Source of the DNA: a virus
Taxonomy: Duplodnaviria > Caudoviricetes
Direction: 5' to 3' (one strand)
DNA: 43,423 nucleotides
Virus record (IMG/VR): IMGVR_UViG_3300005805_000155
Span: 1 to 43,423 of that record
Part shown: positions 26,001 to 34,700 of the stretch, one piece after another
Layout: every line of letters begins with the position of its first letter
How positions within the stretch are numbered: the first letter of the stretch is position 1
The notes under the pieces: model-generated
Told to the model about the DNA's origin: nothing
Database searches by the model: none
The model's input: only the letters and a program-made list of their open reading frames with translations
Position numbers and translations under genes: made by a program

Positions 26001-28535
26001 AGTTGGTGTTATATTTTTATAAGATAAATTTCTAGAGTTTGTGATAGTAGCACTAGTTGTAGTGTCGGAAACAGTAGTAATACCAGAAGGTAATAAAAAT
26101 ACATCAGCTGTTTGTGTGCCTCCAGTGCCACTTACAGTTACTCTGAAAATTGCAGTAGTGTTTGTGGTGCCAGAAATTGAGGCAGTGTAAGTTCCAGGAG
26201 CAATTACTCCTGGATCACCAACTATATTTGTAGTAGTTGGAGTGAAGGCACTAATTGCGCTCGCTAGATTATTTTTTGGTCCAGGATTACCAAACGTGGA
26301 AGCAAAACTAGACTCAGTTAAATCACCAACAACATATGAGGAAGATGGGTCATAATCCAAAAATTCTGTGCCAACAGAGAAATTATCTCTTAATGGTGAA
26401 GCCCAAGTTTTAATTGAAGAATTATCTGGATTTGTGCCTAATTTAGCATAAACTCCTTCCACTCTGCCAGTGTCATATCTTCTCTTACCTAGCAAATAAT
26501 TTACATCATCTAGTAATAATTCTGCTGATATTTCTGTGCCAACAGAATTTTTTGTATAATATTCTGGAATATCATCTTCTCTGACAAAAATTTCTCCATT
26601 CAATTTAACATAAACTTTTCTAAATTCACTGACAGTTCCAGGAGCATCTCGGATAACATCATTATATTTTTTCAAAGTTGATTTGAAATCAATTTCAGAT
26701 ACAGTAATACTGCTTTCTGCATTTGGATTTAATCCTCTAGGAGGTACCAATCCAACGACATATCCACCACTATCTTGGTTGAAAGTATCAGGTCTATGAC
26801 TTACACAAATAACTGATTTGTTACCGAAGTTTGAGTTAGAGTTGGTGATCGACATGTCACCACCAGTTTCAGCAAGGAAGTGATCTGCCTGTCCAACCGC
26901 GAAAACAGAAACAACCTGCAAGAATGAATTATTACTACATTTAATGTGGTAATGTCTCCAATCTTCTCTGTATTCTGAACTAGAATTTGTATGCCTTTGA
27001 TCTACATTGTCTACATTAGTAGTAGGCTCTCCTAGTGTTGTGTTTAAACCATCTTCAGTTTTAATTACAAACGCTCTATCATCTCTCTGTAGAGAAATAC
27101 CCGTATACTGGGCAAGAACCATAGAACGCAAACCAGTAGATCTAGATCCATCGGCATTCAAACCGCACATACCCCAAACAGATCTTAGTGAGATGTTGAA
27201 TACGTATGGAGATGCTGATGCTACAGTATCAGAAAGATATTTGTTTTGTACAAATCCAACAATTCTGTTTTCTTCAACTCGCTGATCATATGGACCATCT
27301 GCTAATGGATCATTGATTGTGCTGTAAATATCAACTTTATTATAGTATAATTCTAAATCTTCATAGTCAGCATATTCAAAACCAGTTAATTTATGGTGAC
27401 TGTATTCAGCACCTAACTTGTCTTTAATTGTAAATTGCCAAATATAGCAACCACCAGTTAGGCGGAAAATTGCGGTCGTATTTAAAATGTCACCATCATT
27501 TGGTGCTGGAACATATTTTGGTCGAATTACTGTTTTTCTTAAATCTAATCCAACGATAGAAGTGCCTCGTGGAACAATTACACCACCACGAGTTGAGTTG
27601 AATTTGTATAGCTCTTGTTCTGCTGCAGCTGTCGTTGCAAAAGCCGAAGAATTCTGCGCTTGAATAGTGCCTAAATCAGTAACTCCTGGACGGTTATCAA
27701 TTTCATATAATCCAGGAAATAGGATGATGCTAAAAAATTCAAATTTATCAGCACCGACTTCGCCTTCTTCTGTACCTATTCCAGCAACAAAACTTCTACT
27801 TGATGCTTCTATTAAAGCTCTCTCAATAGATTTAAATGGTCTGTTAATATTTCTGCCATTGTTGTCTGCAGCATCCGAAGCATTTTCGTCTTGACCATTG
27901 ACGTAAATTACTTGGTTACTATTTGTAATATTAATAGAAGCACCTACATCAGTGCCAGTAGTTAAATTAATTTCGGATCCTTGATTCAACGTCATGGCAG
28001 CATTTTGTGCCAAAGTCATCAAGGTATTATTGATATCAAAACCAGGATTTGTTGATTTGGTTTTTAAAAATCCAGTGTAAGAAGCACTGCTTGCTCCTAC
28101 TCCACTATTAATATTAGTGCCAGTATCTAAAACTACTTCACCGCTGGTGTTTTTAATATCTCCCTGAAAATTACCAGCTTTTACTGTGCTAGTTGATGGA
28201 TTATAATAGACTCCGTTTGTTGAGTCATATCCTAACTGAGCATAGTCTAAATCATTGGGGTTTGTAGCTGGATCCAATCCAGTTACAGTTGCATAATTTT
28301 CTTCTAAAACAATATTTTGAGCAAAGACAATTGGTTTGTCTGCGTTTTCGGAATCATTGTCTTCCAAGAAAACATCATCAATTGGAGTAGCAATAATTTC
28401 GTTAAACGAATCAACTACACTGGTATTACCAACGGTATTGATATCTTGAATATCGCCAACATCATCAGCTAAGAGGTTAATCTCCTGCCTCTGCTCTTCA
28501 AATGTGAAAGTCTTTTGAACGATTCTCTTAGCCAT
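20064..28535 (-). CDS. Giant virion structural / tail fibre protein (2823 aa) with a probable beta-helix region and three helical CKRD[IL]G repeats
   Basis: N-terminal TFEEQRQEIN fibre-anchor-like motif. G....RPFKSIERAL and VPRGTSIVGLDLRKT.IRP suggest a pectin-lyase-like start. Also RASGHTWEYVGFGPGNYST and GSGY modules. Confidence 0.85.
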   Translation of the reverse strand: MAKRIVQKTFTFEEQRQEINLLADDVGDIQDINTVGNTSVVDSFNEIIATPIDDVFLEDNDSENADKPIVFAQNIVLEENYATVTGLDPATNPNDLDYAQLGYDSTNGVYYNPSTSTVKAGNFQGDIKNTSGEVVLDTGTNINSGVGASSASYTGFLKTKSTNPGFDINNTLMTLAQNAAMTLNQGSEINLTTGTDVGASINITNSNQVIYVNGQDENASDAADNNGRNINRPFKSIERALIEASSRSFVAGIGTEEGEVGADKFEFFSIILFPGLYEIDNRPGVTDLGTIQAQNSSAFATTAAAEQELYKFNSTRGGVIVPRGTSIVGLDLRKTVIRPKYVPAPNDGDILNTTAIFRLTGGCYIWQFTIKDKLGAEYSHHKLTGFEYADYEDLELYYNKVDIYSTINDPLADGPYDQRVEENRIVGFVQNKYLSDTVASASPYVFNISLRSVWGMCGLNADGSRSTGLRSMVLAQYTGISLQRDDRAFVIKTEDGLNTTLGEPTTNVDNVDQRHTNSSSEYREDWRHYHIKCSNNSFLQVVSVFAVGQADHFLAETGGDMSITNSNSNFGNKSVICVSHRPDTFNQDSGGYVVGLVPPRGLNPNAESSITVSEIDFKSTLKKYNDVIRDAPGTVSEFRKVYVKLNGEIFVREDDIPEYYTKNSVGTEISAELLLDDVNYLLGKRRYDTGRVEGVYAKLGTNPDNSSIKTWASPLRDNFSVGTEFLDYDPSSSYVVGDLTESSFASTFGNPGPKNNLASAISAFTPTTTNIVGDPGVIAPGTYTASISGTTNTTAIFRVTVSGTGGTQTADVFLLPSGITTVSDTTTSATITNSRNLSYKNITPTTTSSTTGGSGAIFDIDVVGTNYVLRRIVSSGNNYSIGDTLTFSGIALGGTSGEDLVLTVTGIESGGSDYSINDVFTLSIDDGVDGANITVTVTDVTLKTNVIVNTNDLETYVSETNAFADYELIGDGFDAEFTVSVIPNPSNPANLIYKVDLLKGGSGFKDGETISFPGSLFGADDSGAFDVVISIVSVGTVPVLTKNTIRKYYGWEYARTVDGERLGRLAILVDDFREGGSNAVYGIPRESFPYTPNTAGDTETGFIYDPTAYTGVSITGFTDNELEYDAQAVRPEQSYPFNILNITWSQGTQRATVTTTTDHIYYPGDIVSIKNTISQGVGVDANYWNVSDVEIITVGGTIVGARDQFTFEFITATTPPSILQNNGSVEKVAEELTIDVKVSIAVTVTGQTTTANITAVWPYDYSFILAGQGTPQLYNTWTRSGSGLYVGDELTLKTGTGTSLPTTSTTQIKFTIGDVFNDTGRLYGSEDIKEQSYLPSSSIGTRYKSYDTAVSYELQSTKNLSLFKRITQRADTNESGTLNADDSFEFNPNNVFNLFVKRIQDSRSSSGSSELTWRLIYKVPKDGFGNIKLRGPEEKFTIQLKDPAIKFPFTYDTSPSEFNKYPKSYYVSKVDPITEYRFNEQDGYYLLTILDGNIYTKSNNLPFTNKIVYGNQRLIGLNGDQIDHVAQDASDSIETNRTFIQKEASGYLKAKYSNVPVSSLSATAGVATVTTSRDHNFVTGNTITISGATPSSFNGSYVITTTSSTEFTYSVSATGSATGTITASFVNPNESKCKRDIGYLLNAVISDLRTGGNAKTFDATKFYFDAANDVQFISTEFTQSIDTYNYARNLAIASMRNWSFYATAITSNTAIIRVPSTLGMVVGMKVTQVSVIPSPATAYENLNSTYEELAGTAPNQYVVPKASNTITTNIPANTYVKRIISATEIELGSSSSYIFEGSTVTTTASPEVFLHFQLITGRGETWTSPEANNYPSVNFTLKRDYNDNYDIGRFLDGSALITANRQEIIDRGFGEIAIQYNEAQWGDDWVVPGNTIPSQINRYYDAYRLVQKNRNIIVETAYKTVNDNPPSPAPANLLEKCKRDIGLYVDAVTLDILNGDGNRYTRKFIQQYFDSGTGLLNLYLNGEVTQSNTAFEKARDAIKAAITNTLSGLTGLVTSSPYGGTWVDGSTGTLTVYTDLTIEAGPATFGGGGGNIANNSSSACADVRSAVDTLTLLITSRLSAGNINGANALPPETIGFADQAGETVCKRDLGYLVDAVAEDVSTGGNVKIIEVARGYFPTQYDNNPSIAYIAGEEAPSIFAFNAARDMMKKAVTNQLYSKNLNLSVGPAEVNGSGGNITYSASGNSATCVDVQNAIVTLVEILTTTISEGDISTLNDISDPNYVAANYGNHTGVYGECASATYAIANYFAIIEGILNEETGIQRIEPTRGTYQVTDEILEGFGFAQNINYLYPEVDLDNPKWNPKSATSRWNDVVGNCIILNNFLSQDKYERVTQYSITAESVRRFLRDVLSGGDYSPYQAVKPAVQAFGALNIPGEFGIASEDDLTASKFESPYINANYNKYGVDQSPVLEFNNGIPTFTERCILFNVPTPVSLYRPAIIRASGHTWEYVGFGPGNYSTALPQFQDVNLNIQQRVNSQNVERAGGFAASSGTNSFGDFYIGNQVIDTKGNATNTLNFPKVKTSAENRLINFNDALSLASNSSSAAFNPSSFSKVLTNNLTALQEAQRNAFKAANIEAANSTIGSLKITGRISIANSVFDNTAAFPDARRDEYGFVKRASLNWYNNEPGSEEFNLLDNSYISPTDLVDWANKNSLIPSTPVTWNTVYVPTAQFNDASNVGIVDIINTFKKSANFIVEGIDPLDSRWYDPVTNTISIPLGTPIDSEKQTGILEYEGRAGLIFISFAQSVNASAIIPTNIWKPVDNNWNGISAEDGSPTTYLTGRYFLVGYYITGGRIFHTTNVINI
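21712..23966 (-). repeat. Three nested protein-level helical repeats (D...I..NR..I / CKRD[IL]G...A...D...GGN / C..V..AI)
   Basis: KCKRDIGYLLNAVISDLRTGGN (Cys codon 23637-23639), KCKRDIGLYVDAVTLDILNGDGN (22725-22727), VCKRDLGYLVDAVAEDVSTGGN (22221-22223). Confidence 0.85.
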
Positions 28536-28743
28536 GTCTGGTTATATGCTCTAATAAAAGATTTTTGATTTCTAAAATTTCACCTTTTAAATAATCTATT
28601 TCATTTTGCATGTTTAAAATATTAAAAAGATTATTTTTAATATTTTTAGATTCCGTGATATCTACTTTATCAGTATTTATAATGGCACCAGTAGAAGGAT
28701 CTCTTATTAAATTAGAATAATTCAATACTTTTTCATACTTCAT
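28528..28743 (-). CDS. Conserved small hypothetical protein (71 aa)
   Basis: KV....NLIRD.STGAIINTD plus a C-terminal coiled coil (EI..LK.EI.EIKNLL). Recalled as the usual neighbour of the VrlC-like gene in T4-like cyanophages. Confidence 0.8.
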   Translation of the reverse strand: MKYEKVLNYSNLIRDPSTGAIINTDKVDITESKNIKNNLFNILNMQNEIDYLKGEILEIKNLLLEHITRHG

Positions 28744-28747
28744 GATA

Positions 28748-31700
28748 TTAGAAAGATGCTACAATTCTACAGTCTTGAATTTTTGGCACAAAAACTACAT
28801 TTGAACTTCTCATAACTATTTTTATAGCATATGAAGAAAATTCTGGTAACTGGGAAACACTATACTTATATTCTTTATATGAAGATTGCTTTTCTAGATA
28901 TCCAGAGATTATATTTTCTGGGGATGGTGTTACTGAAATATCGGATAATCCAGTTTCGTTAAAATAATTCCATTCCAAATCGTCAAAATTATACTGAGAG
29001 CTTGCAGACTTTATTTTGTATAAAACAATTATGTCGTCTTCTTTGAAAATATTTGCTTTCAATCTCACATCTAGTGAAGTTGATGGTGTAGTAACAAAAA
29101 TTTCTTTGGTTGAATATTTTGCTACAGATGAGCTATTTTTTGACGCATTTTCTGCAGTATAAAGAATACCAGTTGTATAAGATAAAGACTTAATTTCAGC
29201 AAATGCACGATCTGCAGTAGCAATATTTGGATATGATAAAATGTCACCTACCCTGAAAATATCAGGTAATTGTGCAGTGCCAGTAGTTTCTGTAATAGAG
29301 AATGGTATTCTTGCAAATGAAGGTGAAGAAGATGAGGAATAATAATCATTATTAATTGGATTTTTATTATTTGAAAGAATTAATTCTTTATTTCTTGCAT
29401 CCCATCTAATAACTTTTCCACTAATAACATTGTCATACTTTTTGTTAAGGTTAGAAGATGATTTATCACAACATACTACGGTATCTCCAATATTAAAATT
29501 CAATAATATTTCATCAACACCATTATTTGCAACTGTAACTGATGTTGGGAAAGTTGACAAAGCAGGAATATTGTCAAAGATTAAAGTTTCATTCGATTTA
29601 AAAACAGTGTCAGTCAACATCTTGACCCAAATACTATTTGTAGTATTGTCAAATTTCAATACAATACCTTTTGCTTTTGAAGTATATCCACTGATTACTT
29701 TTGTATTTGTTGGAGATCCAACAATATCAGAAGCAGATACACCAGTTAATCCAGTGCCCGCGTACTTCAATTTAAAAATAGAATATAATTTCAATATCTG
29801 ATCTGTTCTTCCATATCTAGTTTCAAAACCATTTGATTTCTCAATAATATTTGTGACAATCTTAGTATTGGCGGTTCTTAAATCAATAAGTGGTGATAGA
29901 TATGATTTATTGGAAGACAATTCCATTTCATATACAAATGATCTATTATTTTCTATAGTTGGTAGGTTTTTAATTTCGTTAATTCTGGAGCAAATTACTT
30001 TTTGATTATTGAAATAATATTCTTGATTTAAAAATATTTTCTCTCTTGATGAAGATTGAGTATATGAAACTAAATCTGAATCGTCGTCTATTGATCTTAT
30101 GTTTGTTGTTCTAACATAAGATTCTATAGAAGTTTCTGGAGCAGAAATATAATCAATTTGTGTAAATATTTTTTCGTATTTTTTGTTATGTAAAGAAACT
30201 ACATTATCTCCACCTGTAATTTCTGTGCTAGAAACTTCCTTTGGTAATTCAATAGTATAATATTGAATTCCAGAGTCAATAATTTTAAATAGTTGACTAT
30301 TAATTTCACTAGATTCTAATCCAGAAATATTGTTAATCTTTTTAAATGCGACATAAGAAACACCGCTATCTTCAAAACCATTATTATTATGATTAATTTT
30401 AATAATTTTATTACTATTTTTAAATAATTTTGAAGTTGAGGTAGAATCGGACAATGAATAAGTCTCTATTGGATTATTTTGTAATTTTTCATACCCTAAC
30501 TGATTATTAGTTAACTTAACTAATGCTGTCCTTGAAATATCAAATTCTGCTCTGTGGATAGTAAATTTAATATCTTCAAAAATATCTTCAGACCAATTTT
30601 CCGAATTTTGAGATTTGTATAAAGATCCTAATAGTGGTTGTGAAGATACTGCAGAATTTGTAATAATTTCATTCTCTCCTAACTTAGATGCCCAGATTTC
30701 ATAATCAGAAGAATCTGATTCTACCGCAAAAGCATATTCAGTATCATTTTGTAAATAAATTGGGTGATCGAAAGTAAAAGTTGTTGGTATTGTTGAAACT
30801 TCTGATTCAGTGTCAGAAGCAACACCCATAATAACTGCTGGAGTATCAATGGTTATTGTTGATACTATTTCTGCTCCAGCAGCAGAATTGCCAATTCCAT
30901 TGATAATTACAGCAGGAGGATCTGTATAACCAGATCCAGGAATAGAAATATCAGCATCAAATACAATCCCATCTGAAACATATATGTTTGCCGTAGAATT
31001 TATTCCTCCTATTAACTGTGGACTCTCCATAGTAATAGAGGCATTCTCATATCCACCACCAGTTGATTTTAATTCAAGACCAGTAACTTTACCAGAATCT
31101 CTGGATATAGTGATTCTTAAAGCAGTTGATTGTTTGGCATTGTCTAGGATTAAGGTATTTGTCCTAACCTCTTCATTTTGTTTAAAAGTTTTTCCGTTAT
31201 AGTTTGAAAGAACTATAGTATAGATTTGATCTTCCGATAGCAAATATTCTTTGTTTACAGAAGTAATGAGTGGAATATTATTCTTATCTAAGATTTCTTT
31301 AATTGGACCAGAGCAACCAGAAGAAACACCCGTTAAAATTTCATCTTTCAATACTTTAACACTGCCATTTGTATAAACTCTAATATAAGTATCGGAAACT
31401 TTAGAAACTTCAGTTCCTGGTATAACGTGCCTTCCAGGTTTACCATTTTCTACATTAGTTAGATAAACTCTTACTGGTAAATTTTTCTTGATGGAGCTAA
31501 TATCTGAGGTATTAACTTTTTTAGAGAAGAATAAATCTAATGCGGTTACAAAAACTCCACCAGGATAATTTTCTACTTTAAATGTTTGAATTAATGGATT
31601 TGGTTTAACTTTGCTTCCATTAAATAACTGAATACCTTCTTCAGTTTTAATGTTTGCTGGTACTGTAGAAATAATATTTGATGGATTGATTGGATTAGAT

Positions 31701-34700
31701 CCAACCACATAATAATAAGTTTGGGCATAACTTTCGACACTACTGGAAATTGATCCTGTAGAATCAGAAGTGAATTTTAAATTCTTGTTACCTGTTATGA
31801 AATATAATTCACTTTCATTTGTATCATAAAGAATATTTTCTACATTTTCTGTAAAAGTAGATCCAGAAACAGGAGGGTATCCAGCAGGAACAATTAGATA
31901 TCCACTTGCATTACCGTTGTCATCTGTTGTTATACCACCACCAAAAGTACTTAAAGAATTTCCTGGAATGCCAGTATATCTAAAGTCAGAAACAATCCAT
32001 TTATCAATATTTTTATTATCTAAAAATGCATAAAATTTTGTTTTTGGTTTTAACCTTGTTAGAGTAAATTTAACAACGTTAGAATCACAGAAATATTGAA
32101 TGGATGATACAACATTATTAGATCCAGATTTTGAAGTAGTTATTCCTTTTGCTAATTCATTATTTTGTGGACTAATATTTGAAGTGCTTGATACTGTGGC
32201 AGATAAAGTAGTTGAAAAATTATTAATTAATGATTGATCTAATGGTTGAGAATTGAAAAATACTCTATCATTTCCTACCCAGTTTACAATATAATTATTG
32301 TAAATGCTTTCTACACCATCTCTTGTATTATTTTTAGCATAAAACACAGAGAATAATTTGCTATCATTATTTAAAATAATTGGGAAAACATTCTTGTTGT
32401 AAGTTTTTGATACTGGATTATTTAATTTAACATCACCAACGTATTGAGATACTGAAAATTGGTTGATGTTTATCTTTTTAGTTGCAAAATTATTTTGCGC
32501 CAATACTAAATTTACATAAGGTAGGGTTATAATATTGTTGTTATTTACATAGTTATTTTCTAATCTCTCTACATTTCTAGTATTAATTTCTTTTAGAGAA
32601 ATATCACTTTCATAACTTCTTGGTCTTAAAACAGATTGTTGAGGATCTATAGCACATTTATAATCTAAGGATGCTAGATTTCCAATACTATGTGTTTCAA
32701 AATTATCGACAACAAACCCAGTCTTAAATCTATCTAAACCAACTTCATCTTTAATTTGCATATTCAATGCTTGTTGCTCTAATATACTAAGAGTAGTATA
32801 TTGCTCTAGTCTTTCGATTCTTTTTTCAATTTTACCAATATCCTTCATCGTATAACGCTTATTGTCAACTGGTAAAATGTTAACGTCATTTACTCCATTT
32901 GTATATGCTGGAATATAGAAGTAGTATAGAGGCAATGCATCTTCGCTTGAAAGAGGTCTATTTGGATTTAAAGAAGAGGTTCCTCTTTCAATAGTAAATG
33001 TGCCATCTTTATTTAAAAATAACCCATCTATTCTATCAAGATATTGTTGCGAATTAAAGAGTAAATTAAATTCTAAATTATCATCTATTGCGATAGTATT
33101 TGAGATAGATCCACCACTCTTTGTAAAACTAACTGGATTATTTAAAATAGTAGAATCTTCATATCCGCTTATAATAGTAGTTGTATCTACTTTTGGTCTG
33201 TAATCAAATACATCTCTAAGAGAAATTTTTCCGTAAACGGCAGAATTAAATTCGGGAATATCTGATACATTAACACCAGCTTCGTGGACATACGAATCTA
33301 TGGTGCAAAAATCTCCTTGCGAATGCTCAAAATAATCAAATCCAATAACTAATTGTCCAGTTGGTGGTTCCAATCCTGGCTTTAAAATTATTCTAGAAAC
33401 ATCATAAAAAGTATCTCTCTGTCCATTATCAAATGTGTATCTATCAGTTACATCAATACCTGAAACTAATTTACCATCAGAATTTACTACAGGTGCAACA
33501 CTAGGGGATCCTTCATAAACATATTTTAATTTAAATGCATCAGAATATGATAAAACCTCAGAAGAGTTTTCTTCGTATCCTACACCCCTAAATGGAATAA
33601 CTCTATCGCTAGATGATGTAATTACAATTCTTTTATTTGATACTAGCGTTTTCAATTTTGGTTTTGGTTTTGAAACTTCTATAGAAGCAGTCAATTTAAT
33701 TTTGAAATTTTCAAAACTATCAATTTCTCCAAAAAAGTTTGAAGGTAAATTTATAGTGACGCTTCCAGCAGTTAAACCAGTCGATGTTTCGGTTGAATTT
33801 GTTATAGTTACTTGCTCATTTGTCAAGTAAATAATATCTCCAGTCTTTACTGTTGTATTTGGATTATTTGCAATATCTGGATCTAATACAGTGATTAAGA
33901 AATATTTCTCAGAAAAAGACACAAATCTTTGAGTGCCATATGGAAGTTGTGCGGCAAAAGTAATATTATTACCATTTGAGCTTAATTTAGTTACAAAATC
34001 TCTTCTTATATAATAAGTTATTTTGCTATCTTCAACAGAATCTACAATACTTTTTAGATACTTAGATCCAGTTGGCACTATCAAACTAGCATTTGTAGAG
34101 TTTTCAACTAATGGTCTAATTCTAATAACATTAATGTTATTGACATCTTTTTTTAGAACAGCATTTAAATAAATTCTTGATTTAGATAATCCAGAAGGAG
34201 GAATGACATATTGTACAATCGATCTCTCTACAGTATTATCATTGTATACGAATTGTACAATATCTCCTTGTATTAAATCTGTGGATGGATCCCCAGAAAA
34301 TCCATTGCATTCTATAAACTTATATCCAGCAACTCCAGAAAAAGTAAAATCTGTTAAAATTTTTGATTCAATGTATGAAGAATTGAACGATTCTACATCA
34401 GAAGTAAATACGTAATTTTTTACTTCTGATCCAAAAGTACAGAATGTAGATTTTACATTTTGTGGAGAATATGTAGTTACTGTGTTTTTGAATAGAATTG
34501 GAGTTACAATTGCTCCCGATCCAATTGTTACAGATACAGCAGGAGTAGATTTATATATTTCTGATACTAAATCTCTGTTAACAATATCAATTTTATAAAT
34601 GCTGGATGCTAAGGTGCTGAGGCTAATAGCGGTTGTTTCGTAAGTAACTCCATTAATTAAAAGTTTTGATACTTCGGAATTCTCACCAGTTGCCAAAGTT

